Shown here: in pieces, positions 47,168 through 55,481 of the stretch
Position numbering within the stretch: position 1 is the first letter of the stretch
Layout: the number at the start of each line of letters is the position of its first letter
Origin: Patescibacteria group bacterium
GTDB lineage: Bacteria > Patescibacteriota > Minisyncoccia > Phycocordibacterales > JBBTRF01
DNA: 64,000 nucleotides
Assembly (NCBI GenBank): GCA_038065315.1
Contig: JBBTRF010000001.1
Span: forward strand, 230,413-294,412
Direction: 5' to 3'
The notes under the pieces: generated by a model
Database searches by the model: none
Told to the model about the DNA's origin: nothing
Seen by the model: the letters and a program-made list of their open reading frames with translations, nothing else
Program-made: the position numbers and the translations under genes

Positions 47168-48133
47168 ATGGAACACAAAAATCCGGAAAAATACCCGATT
47201 CGCCAACTTTCAGTCGACCAACTGCCCCGCCAGCTCGCAGAGATTACCGGCCGACCAAAGCGACTCTATAGTAGAGGGGACGAGAGCCTACTGCATAGGT
47301 ACGTCGAAGGCGCCGCGAACACCGCGGGAGGAAATCGGGGTCGCGGCCACAAGCTACTCTGCGTCATTGGCTCCCGGCAATACACGCCATACGGCCGCGA
47401 AGCCTGCGAAGCGATCATCGCAGGACTTCGCGACTACCCCATCACTATAGTATCCGGCCTGGCGCTCGGTATCGACGGCATCGCTCACGAAGCCGCCCTC
47501 AGAGCTGGATTAAAAACCGTCGCAGTGCTTGGTTCAGGACTGGACGACAACTCCATCTATCCCCCTTCCAACCAGCACATCGCCCGCCGTATTCTGGCCG
47601 AAGGCGGCTGTCTCGTCTCGGAAAATCCGCCCGGTACTCGCCCAGCACCGTATCACTTCCCGGCTCGCAACCGCATCATGTCTGGCCTGTCGCACGCGAC
47701 ACTGGTGATTGAAGCAAGGCGCCCCAGCGGCACCCTCATCACCAGCCAGCTTGCCACCGACCAAAACCGCGACATCCTCGCCGTCCCAGGCTCGATTTTT
47801 TCCGAGCACGCGGCCGGCCCGCACTATCTCATTGGCAAGGGCGCCACACCAGTGACCTGTGCACACGATGTGCTGGTGGCGCTGGGGTTTGCGGTCGAGA
47901 AGATACGCGGCAGAGGCAAAGCGAATGGCACAAAAAATCATACTCTCACAGCAAAACTCGCTGACCTCACCATCGCGGAAAAAATGTTGCTCGGAATCCT
48001 CGACCGACCAAGGACACGCGACGAGATCATTCGCGAGCTTGGCTGGAGCGCTTCGGAGACCAACGTCACGCTGTCGCTGCTCGAAATAAAGGAACTGATC
48101 GTCGCCGGTTTCAACGAAATTCGCAAAAAATGA
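47168..48133 (+). CDS. dprA: DNA-processing protein DprA
   Basis: IGSR..TPYG, VSGLALGID..AH, YPPSN, FPARNRIMSG, SGTLIT, AVPGSI, C-terminal wHTH. Confidence 0.96.
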   Translation: MEHKNPEKYPIRQLSVDQLPRQLAEITGRPKRLYSRGDESLLHRYVEGAANTAGGNRGRGHKLLCVIGSRQYTPYGREACEAIIAGLRDYPITIVSGLALGIDGIAHEAALRAGLKTVAVLGSGLDDNSIYPPSNQHIARRILAEGGCLVSENPPGTRPAPYHFPARNRIMSGLSHATLVIEARRPSGTLITSQLATDQNRDILAVPGSIFSEHAAGPHYLIGKGATPVTCAHDVLVALGFAVEKIRGRGKANGTKNHTLTAKLADLTIAEKMLLGILDRPRTRDEIIRELGWSASETNVTLSLLEIKELIVAGFNEIRKK

Positions 48134-48157
48134 TCGGCAATGCTCAAAAAGTTTCAA

Positions 48158-48246
48158 TGGGGGGCGGTGGCGGAGCAAAAAAGTGCCTACGGATTTGTCA
48201 TACGAAAGTATGAGGAAAGTATGAAAAATCCGAGGGTACTCGAAAA
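48158..48246 (+). repeat. Nested-palindrome intergenic repeat, copy 4 (inverted relative to copies 1-3)
   Basis: Reverse complement reads TTTTCGAGTACCCTCGGATTTTTCATACTTT...GTATGACAAATCCG...TTTTTT..CGCCACC. Confidence 0.85.
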
Positions 48247-48257
48247 CGCTGGCGGGG

Positions 48258-48539
48258 CTAGTCGCGATATTCCCAACGATTATTCAACTTGTTGATAGTC
48301 TTACCAGAGAATACCTTTGTCATACCGAGCGGAGTAATCTTCTTTTTATACGGACTCTTAGATAGCACCCTGGATACAGTTGCCTTATGTACGTAGGGCA
48401 TTGATTTATGATTTCTGAGTAACTTGAAGAAATGAATCTGATCAATCGTCAGCTCAGCATTATCGCCGCATTGTGAGGTTCTTACTGCTTTGTTGAGAGC
48501 GGCGGCAACTAGGTCTGCTGTTTTGTTGATTGTTGTCAT
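48258..48539 (-). CDS. hypothetical basic protein, low GC
   Basis: 93-aa ORF starting 16 nt after tRNA-Arg. Confidence 0.55.
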   Translation of the reverse strand: MTTINKTADLVAAALNKAVRTSQCGDNAELTIDQIHFFKLLRNHKSMPYVHKATVSRVLSKSPYKKKITPLGMTKVFSGKTINKLNNRWEYRD

Positions 48540-48555
48540 GTTTTATAGAATTAAG

Positions 48556-48627
48556 TACCCTCGGGAGGATTTGAACCTCCGCGTTCTCGCTAGAATCGAG
48601 ACAGTCTATCCATTAGCTTACGAGGGC
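48556..48627 (-). tRNA. tRNA-Arg(TCT), atypical
   Basis: GCCCTCG/CGAGGGT acceptor, TCTCG-ATTCTAG-CGAGA anticodon arm, GGAGG-TTCAAAT-CCTCC T-arm; A32/G38 loop and no encoded CCA. Confidence 0.75.
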
Positions 48628-48719
48628 AGAAAAAATAAAGCGCTGAGCCATAGCGCCAGTAGGTCCTTTATCTTCTGCGTCTCGTAAACACAGCCGGTAT
48701 CATTGCCTTCAATATAGCA

Positions 48720-50225
48720 TTATTTCACCCTATTCTCCAGCACCTTCCAGATCTCCACCATTGCCAACGTATCGAGGTGGCAGTAGTCTTCGAGCGCCTG
48801 AATTTTTATTTCCCTCTCTTTTTCAGAATATTCACCGCTCACGATACGATTCCACGTATCGGAAGCCGCGCCACCATCCTGTATGTGCATATCCTTGTAT
48901 GACAAGTGCGGCACCAATGCGGGCAACACATACTTGATCGAAGCACTTCCCTTGAATGCAGGGTGATCATACACCGCAGTCTTACCGGAAAATGGGATCA
49001 TGAGGTCGACCACGCGACTATTCACACTTTCCATGAACGCTTTGTATTCCGGCAGGCGTTCACCAAGCTGTGTATTGATTCCTTTTTCGAATTTCTGATT
49101 CCACACAACAACGCTACCCGTCTTCGGAAGATGCTTCTGCAGCGCTTCAGCAAAATATCTATCAGGACACTCTTGCTCCGTGTAGATAAAATCATAGTGC
49201 GCCATATCATCGCCGTGAGCATTCACGACATGCAGCGAAAACTGAAATGGGACCTGCTGATATGGCCTGTGCTGGTTGTATTTCGGTATCGCCGAAGGAT
49301 ACGTTTCGTAATCCAGAAACGCGAACGGGTATTTCATGGTGTCCAAAAAAGCCACAACACCCTCGCTGTCGATATACTCCCGACCAGACTGTGCGGTGTC
49401 CACCTGCCGTCGCTGAGGATCCGACAATTCAAAGTCCTCGGGCACGTCGTAAATGCTGAGAATGTTGTTGTCCACGAGCTCCGCAAGCTTGTTCTCTCGT
49501 ATTCGCGCGATCGCGTGGACAGGATACTCCGGCAGATCAGCATTGGAATATGCCGAGGTGGTGCAGTGCGCGTTCCAACCCTTGAGAATACAGTCGCAAT
49601 GCCCCGCCGGCTCTTTTTCACTCGCGAGCCGCTCGTATGCGCCATCCATCTTGTGTCTCACCTCCCCAAGCTTTTCATTCACCTGCTCTGTCATATCCTC
49701 AACAATGAACAGCTGCTTGAGATCCAGATCTCCGGCCCGCACGTACTCCTTGTTGAGCCGGATGAGACTGAGCGTACCCATCCTAATACCCAGATCATCC
49801 AAGATATTTTTTTGAAAAGCAATGTCGATTAGATACTCTTCAGTTTTTCGACCCTCACCTCCTCCTTCTGAAGATGTCGAGGATTTCACCTCATATAGGT
49901 CGTATGCGCTCGTGGAGTCATTCCATACCAACATGTCGGAAGCAGTGATGAATTTTTCCGTGGCAAACACCGGCTGATAGATGACGGCGGTTTTGGCGGC
50001 CATGAGCTTTTTGGTCAGCTCGGTATCGTCGCGAAACTCGACCAGCACTCCGCCGGGAAACAACCCTCGCGCCAGCTCGTCGATCTGGTTGCCAGTATCA
50101 ATAATGTTCAACTCAAAAGCCGAGAGCGGGTATTTTTTATATATATCCGGTCGGTGGATTTTCAGCCAGGCGTTCTTAGCGCAATCAAGGCAGGTGAGGA
50201 AGTTGGTTTTTGAGAGTAGGAACAT
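48720..50225 (-). CDS. DUF2779-domain protein (PD-(D/E)XK-like N-terminus, RNase H-like C-terminus)
   Basis: LSKT.F...C.K..WL, YEVKSST, DIAFQ, FLDYET, PYQQVPFQFSLH, VVDL..PF, SIK.VLP.L, YC.LDTLAM. Confidence 0.85.
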   Translation of the reverse strand: MFLLSKTNFLTCLDCAKNAWLKIHRPDIYKKYPLSAFELNIIDTGNQIDELARGLFPGGVLVEFRDDTELTKKLMAAKTAVIYQPVFATEKFITASDMLVWNDSTSAYDLYEVKSSTSSEGGGEGRKTEEYLIDIAFQKNILDDLGIRMGTLSLIRLNKEYVRAGDLDLKQLFIVEDMTEQVNEKLGEVRHKMDGAYERLASEKEPAGHCDCILKGWNAHCTTSAYSNADLPEYPVHAIARIRENKLAELVDNNILSIYDVPEDFELSDPQRRQVDTAQSGREYIDSEGVVAFLDTMKYPFAFLDYETYPSAIPKYNQHRPYQQVPFQFSLHVVNAHGDDMAHYDFIYTEQECPDRYFAEALQKHLPKTGSVVVWNQKFEKGINTQLGERLPEYKAFMESVNSRVVDLMIPFSGKTAVYDHPAFKGSASIKYVLPALVPHLSYKDMHIQDGGAASDTWNRIVSGEYSEKEREIKIQALEDYCHLDTLAMVEIWKVLENRVK

Positions 50226-50226
50226 A

Positions 50227-50619
50227 TTAAAATAGATGCTTATATTCTCGATAATTCTCCCTCACGATTCTCTGCCACTCAGCCGTTTCGTTGTGACTGG
50301 CGATGTCGGTTTTGCCATAGACGAGTAGCACGCTGACACATTGTTTTTCTTCATGCCACGCCACAATACACCGATTACCCGATGTCCTTGCAGATTCCTT
50401 GGTCCGATCGACTCGAAATTCAGTCTTCACGATCTTAATACCCTCGACATCACAGATCGTCTCAGCCCTGCTGGTAGTGATGAGGAGATCAATACGCTCA
50501 AGCCCAGCAATAATAGCTCTCAGAGTCACTTCCCAATGACCTTTGTACTTCTTCTCAAAACCTTTGATAAAGTGCCTTTCCGCAAAAGGTTCAATTCGTA
50601 CAGAATAGTTTCCCTGCAT
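50227..50619 (-). CDS. Putative RelE-like toxin
   Basis: 130 aa after the DUF4065 antitoxin; K.EFR.....SGNRCIV......V.VLLVY.K.D resembles the RelE C-terminal pattern. Confidence 0.6.
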   Translation of the reverse strand: MQGNYSVRIEPFAERHFIKGFEKKYKGHWEVTLRAIIAGLERIDLLITTSRAETICDVEGIKIVKTEFRVDRTKESARTSGNRCIVAWHEEKQCVSVLLVYGKTDIASHNETAEWQRIVRENYREYKHLF

Positions 50620-50626
50620 ACATGTA

Positions 50627-51328
50627 CTAGAAAACCATTTCCGGGTCCTCCTGGGTGATCAGCTCATAGGGAATAATCTCGTCCGGCCGGCAGATAGCAT
50701 ATGGAAGTTGGTTGTGAGTGAAATTCACAATTTCGCCCGTTTTTTTATCTTTCCATTTCTTACCGATCTCTTTCATGAGCTTCACCTCATCGATAGAGAG
50801 GTCGTTGATCTTTTCATTGGTATTGCTCTCCGATTCGCTGATCAAAAACATTTCTTTGCCGTTGTCGGTCTTTCTTTCCACGACGATCTTCCCTGCCTCT
50901 TCGAGCTCATCGATAGCACGGAAAAAAGTGTCTGGTACCGGACCGTATTCAATCCTTCGATACTGCATGCCGCTCATACTTTGCGAATGATCGTAGTACC
51001 AAGCGAAATCAGCGAGATAGAGCAGCTTGGCGAGCTTTGTCTTAGGAATTTTATTGTCGGCCTTGCTGGTAAGATTCATTCTCAAGTAGGTCAAGATCAT
51101 GTGCTTGTACTTGGCAATGTTCGCGATGTTGCCCGACAGAAGCTCGTCGACAGTGATCCCGAGCATCGAGGCTAGCTTTTGTGCTTCTTCTGCGCTCAAT
51201 GTTTGCTTGCCAGACTCAATAGCCGTATAGGTAGGCCGCGACACGCCAATAGCCTTCGCCATCTGCTCTTGCGAAAGATTATTCTTGAGGCGAAACTCCT
51301 TCACCTTTTGCATATACTTGTTGCTCAT
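50627..51328 (-). CDS. XRE HTH plus DUF4065 (Panacea/SocA-type) antitoxin
   Basis: LSQEQMAKAIGVSRPTY..IESG HTH; KLAKLLYLADF..Y.....SG..Y....YGPV, FTH...Y. Confidence 0.85.
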   Translation of the reverse strand: MSNKYMQKVKEFRLKNNLSQEQMAKAIGVSRPTYTAIESGKQTLSAEEAQKLASMLGITVDELLSGNIANIAKYKHMILTYLRMNLTSKADNKIPKTKLAKLLYLADFAWYYDHSQSMSGMQYRRIEYGPVPDTFFRAIDELEEAGKIVVERKTDNGKEMFLISESESNTNEKINDLSIDEVKLMKEIGKKWKDKKTGEIVNFTHNQLPYAICRPDEIIPYELITQEDPEMVF

Positions 51329-51432
51329 GCATCAAGTATATGCAATGGATGTAAAGAAGTCAAGCAGGTTTGGTGGGTTATTTTACAAGTCTGATACGAA
51401 GAATGCAGTAACGTGATAAAACCGCTCTATAA

Positions 51433-53439
51433 TTATTCTTTTATGACACAAACAACCACACCTTGCACCCCAACCTCTTCATTACTCGTAAACTTCAATG
51501 GTTTGTGTTTTGAATTACTCGATCGAGGTTTTAAGACCACAACACCGCCCTCACGACGATATTCTTTTATAGTTGCATCATCTCCAATAAGTGCCACCAC
51601 ATTGTTCCCCTCTTCTGGATGATAATTTTTTCGACACAGAACTAAATCTCCATCATTAATTCCGACTTGATTCATTGAGTCACCAGAAGTTCTCAAAACG
51701 AAATACTTTGAACCTTTAGACATTAGCTCACTTTTAACAGGAATCATTTCTTGTACGGTAGAATCAGCAAACATAAGCTCTCCGCATCCAACAGAATCAA
51801 ACAAAGGAACGTTTATAAAGCCACTAACATATGGAGATTCTATTGATGTATTATTATCTTTTAGTACTCCTTCACCTGCACTCAAGCTAACATGCTCTTT
51901 AAAGTAATCTCTTAAATTATCGTCAGTAATATAAACGTACGTACCGAGGATTCCTCTTGTTAGCAACGTTTTATAAATATTAATAACATATCTTTTTAAC
52001 TCCTCTGGATCATCTACTCCTCTATGTCCATTTGAATCTAGGTACTTAGTTTTATCGACTACGATCTTTTTACTGATCGGATCATAAGACATTTCAGGGC
52101 CAATTATAACTCCAGCGTAGTTTAGATCGTATCCTTGAATTGTATGGATGCAACCCACTTCATTGATGGCATTAGGAGAATTCACCCAGTCGTGAATTTT
52201 ACTATTCCAAAATAACTTAATATCTCCTATAACAATATCTGGCACTTTTACATCATTTCTTGATACCCACTTCCATGCGTACCCTGCCACTAAGCGAGAC
52301 AGGGTGTGAATTTTTTCTTGTTTTTTGATATCAATTACCATTTGCCCCAGATCACTGTAAACTTTAAAATCATATTCCGAAAAATCAGCTCTCGTGCTCA
52401 CCTTACTTTCCATTAAGTGATCGATGAAATCAAGGTATTCTCGTCCTCCTCTTACACGCATCTGTGTCTTAAGTTCAAAACTTATTGGATTGGATTCTAA
52501 AACCTTCCGCATCGAAATATCAGAAGGCCTCACAGATTGTCTTTCGTCATAAAAGAGTACGACGTGGCTCGCTGATTTTAGTATCCAATCGAGTTCTGTC
52601 CCCTCATTCCCCAAGCCAAAACTTTTATTGGTTGTATCAAATGTCCCGTAGTTTGGAATATTCCTTCTTTGATGTAGACGATGTGTTTCATCGACGATCA
52701 AAATGTCGTATTTCTGATTCGCGACCTCGTTTGGACCAATTACCATGTTTGGACTTAGGCCTGGAATACTTCTAAATACTTTCTTTAGCGTCTTTCTTAA
52801 AGAAACCATAGCAATTACCAGCGCAATGTCTTTTCTACCTTCCTGAACCAACTGCTTAACTAAGTAAGTAGCTAAAATAGTCTTGCCAGTACCTGGCCCG
52901 CCATGAATAATATAGGACTGTCTCTTATCCCCTCTAAAATATTCTAGTAGCTTTGAAGCAATCAAGTATTGATCGTCTGTGAGAGTTTTATATGGAGAAT
53001 ACTTAAAAAGATCGCTATTGCGAATTTGCAGCAGGTCATTCCTTGCAATCTTTAATTCTTGTAGTTTTTTCCACAATAACTCAAACTTCCCTCGATATCG
53101 TTCACGGTCAAAATAATCATGATTTTGCAAACCTCCGTTTCCGTTCTGAAGAATATACTTACCGTCGGCCACCAAATACTCAATCAATGAAGATTCCGTG
53201 TCGAGAGTCGCTGATTTATTAAATTCGTCGTCAGAAATAACGTGAATGGTCTTTAATTGCTTCCGGGCCCCATTCTCTAAATGCTGCTTCGTTCTAGCAT
53301 AAGCTCTAATTGTTTCTCCAACATAGAGTTCTTTTCCGTTTTCTATTAGATAAACAACTGGCCAATCACTACCGTACTTATAGTTACGTATTTTCTCTAC
53401 GCCAGATGAACTGAATGGAAATTTTACTATTTCTGACAT
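51433..53439 (-). CDS. GIY-YIG + DUF2075 (Schlafen group-3-like) helicase + C-terminal LexA/S24 peptidase fusion
   Basis: VVYLI....LYVGET..R..QH; GGPGTGKT; IVDETHRL; TQMRV; RLVAGYAW; HTIQGYDLNY; LLTRG; then VPLFDSVGCG, GDSM...I.DGD, ATIK; very low GC. Confidence 0.87.
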   Translation of the reverse strand: MSEIVKFPFSSSGVEKIRNYKYGSDWPVVYLIENGKELYVGETIRAYARTKQHLENGARKQLKTIHVISDDEFNKSATLDTESSLIEYLVADGKYILQNGNGGLQNHDYFDRERYRGKFELLWKKLQELKIARNDLLQIRNSDLFKYSPYKTLTDDQYLIASKLLEYFRGDKRQSYIIHGGPGTGKTILATYLVKQLVQEGRKDIALVIAMVSLRKTLKKVFRSIPGLSPNMVIGPNEVANQKYDILIVDETHRLHQRRNIPNYGTFDTTNKSFGLGNEGTELDWILKSASHVVLFYDERQSVRPSDISMRKVLESNPISFELKTQMRVRGGREYLDFIDHLMESKVSTRADFSEYDFKVYSDLGQMVIDIKKQEKIHTLSRLVAGYAWKWVSRNDVKVPDIVIGDIKLFWNSKIHDWVNSPNAINEVGCIHTIQGYDLNYAGVIIGPEMSYDPISKKIVVDKTKYLDSNGHRGVDDPEELKRYVINIYKTLLTRGILGTYVYITDDNLRDYFKEHVSLSAGEGVLKDNNTSIESPYVSGFINVPLFDSVGCGELMFADSTVQEMIPVKSELMSKGSKYFVLRTSGDSMNQVGINDGDLVLCRKNYHPEEGNNVVALIGDDATIKEYRREGGVVVLKPRSSNSKHKPLKFTSNEEVGVQGVVVCVIKE

Positions 53440-53442
53440 ATT

Positions 53443-53790
53443 CTAAAGTTTATTATACTTAGTATGTTTTCCTTTAGCTTTCTCAACCGGATATTTTTCT
53501 TCATTAACTCTAATTTTCTTTTCAAGTGCATTTAGTACATCGATATTTAAATCGTGACTCATGAGTAGAACCCAGTACAAAACGTCTGCCAATTCTTCTC
53601 CTATAGCGACTTTGTTTTCTTTTACATATTTTTCCATCTCTTCCTTATTTTTCCACTGAAAATGTTCCATTACTTCACCAGCCTCCAAAACAAGAGAAAG
53701 GGCGACATCTTTAGGATTGTGGAATTGCTTCCAATCTCTTGCGTCACGAAAAGCAATTATTCTCTTTGTTAGATCGATAATGTTTTTCAT
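53443..53790 (-). CDS. MazG-like nucleotide pyrophosphohydrolase
   Basis: FRDARDWKQFHNPKD.A.SL..EAGE..E.FQW, EELADV, NEEKYP. Confidence 0.92.
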   Translation of the reverse strand: MKNIIDLTKRIIAFRDARDWKQFHNPKDVALSLVLEAGEVMEHFQWKNKEEMEKYVKENKVAIGEELADVLYWVLLMSHDLNIDVLNALEKKIRVNEEKYPVEKAKGKHTKYNKL

Positions 53791-53794
53791 ATAT

Positions 53795-54832
53795 TTATTT
53801 CTCATTATTCCCCTCCCCCACCCTCTTCTCAACCCTTTTCTGCACGCCAACCATAGCATCCAAGTACGCTTTTTCGACATCGCTCAGTGTCTTTTGTTGA
53901 TATTTCCGGTACTCGACAGTGGCTTTATCCACCGCCTGCTCATGACTCACCGCTCCTGCGCCGGACAACAACTGTTCGCCAGTGGAAGCGAGTATCCCAT
54001 CGAGGTGCTTCGCCCAGTCTACCATTTTCATCGGAATCTCCCGCTCAGCTTGACGCTCGGCGAAGTCGAGATATCCGGAAACAATCTGCCCGAGTGCGCG
54101 CAGCTCTTTCTCATTCAAATAATTCTTAGCGATCGCCACATCCTTGAGTTGCGGTTTCGAGCCAGCAAAGGTCGTCAGGCCCATAAAATCCTTTTCGGCA
54201 TCAGCTCGGCTATAAATAACTTCCGCTGCCGTCTGCCCATGCACGGCGCAGTGGACTTTATTTTGGATCTTTTTGAAAAATTCTATAGAGGTCTCGGCTC
54301 GGGCATCATAGTCGATGCTCGTAGCGTAGATATCCAAAATTTGGCGATAAAATACTTTCTCGCTGCTGCGAATGTCGCGGATGCGAGCCAGGAGCTCTTT
54401 CCAATATCCACCGCCACCGAGATCCTTCAGACGTTCGTCGTCCATTGCAAAACCTTTGACGATATACTCCCTAAGCCGTGCTGTGGCCCACTGGCGAAAA
54501 TGTGTGCCCTGTACGGAATTTACGCGGTACCCAACCGATATAACGACATCCAAATTGTAGTGCCTCACTGATACTTCTTGCGTTTTTCCCTTTATAGCGC
54601 CGTGTTCTGTGGTTCGTCGGAATTCCCGACATACCACCCTCTCATCCAATTCACCCTCTCTAAAGATATTAAGTATGTGCTCTGCGATAGTTGAACGGCC
54701 TTTATTGAATAGTTCGGCAAGCTGATCCTGATTAAGCCACACCGTCTCGCCCTGCATGCGCACCTCAAGACGAGGCTTGCCCTCGGTGCCTTCGTAAATA
54801 ATTATTCCATTGTTTGGTGGATTGTCTTGCAT
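53795..54832 (-). CDS. rhuM: RhuM-family virulence/DNA-binding protein
   Basis: ETVWL.Q.QLAELF, YNLDVVISVGYRV.S..GT.FRQWAT, RIRDIRSSEK.FY, IAKNYL. Confidence 0.9.
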   Translation of the reverse strand: MQDNPPNNGIIIYEGTEGKPRLEVRMQGETVWLNQDQLAELFNKGRSTIAEHILNIFREGELDERVVCREFRRTTEHGAIKGKTQEVSVRHYNLDVVISVGYRVNSVQGTHFRQWATARLREYIVKGFAMDDERLKDLGGGGYWKELLARIRDIRSSEKVFYRQILDIYATSIDYDARAETSIEFFKKIQNKVHCAVHGQTAAEVIYSRADAEKDFMGLTTFAGSKPQLKDVAIAKNYLNEKELRALGQIVSGYLDFAERQAEREIPMKMVDWAKHLDGILASTGEQLLSGAGAVSHEQAVDKATVEYRKYQQKTLSDVEKAYLDAMVGVQKRVEKRVGEGNNEK

Positions 54833-54930
54833 ATCAGCGCCTCCCATTACCCTACGTCGACTTCAATACGAGTATCGTATCACTTTTCACCTTCGCCAGC
54901 ACGACATCCTGCGCTCTCCACCACCGCCGC

Positions 54931-55401
54931 CTAATTCAACATCCAAATACTGAAATTTAGGTACCCCGCAAAGCTCACCCAGAGGATGTAGGGGGCGAGA
55001 AGCCAAGCAGCTGGCCGCGAGACCTTCGCGAAGGCGACGATTGAAGCGACGATAGCGACCCACAAAAAGACGAGCTCAACAAAAGCGGCGCCTGGGCTCT
55101 GCATGCCGAAAAAGATGATCGACCACAGGGTATTGAGCACGAGCTGACCGAGAAAGAGACCGAGAGCGATCTTCACTTCCCTACGCTCCAGCCCTTTCCG
55201 CCACACTATATACGCGGCGATACCCATGAGTACAAAGAGTGTCGTCCAGACCGGCCCAAACACCCACGCCGACGGATTGATCATCGGCTTCACGATGCCC
55301 GCATACCAACCGTCGATGTTCGGCGTAGTGAATAGAGCGCCGATGAGGCCAGCGAGCTGTGGAACGATGAGCGTGATGATGAGTTTGATTGAATTATTCA
55401 T
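54931..55401 (-). CDS. tspO: TspO/MBR tryptophan-rich sensory protein
   Basis: WY..I.KP..NP..WVFGPVWT.L, QLVLN.LWS.IFF, LLAPYILWVSFA.YLN. Confidence 0.93.
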   Translation of the reverse strand: MNNSIKLIITLIVPQLAGLIGALFTTPNIDGWYAGIVKPMINPSAWVFGPVWTTLFVLMGIAAYIVWRKGLERREVKIALGLFLGQLVLNTLWSIIFFGMQSPGAAFVELVFLWVAIVASIVAFAKVSRPAAWLLAPYILWVSFAGYLNFSIWMLN

Positions 55402-55481
55402 AACACTTTCTATTATACTACGCTCCACGAACACACCTCGTACTTGCCACGCTCCACTCCTTAATGTAATACTTAGCTTCA

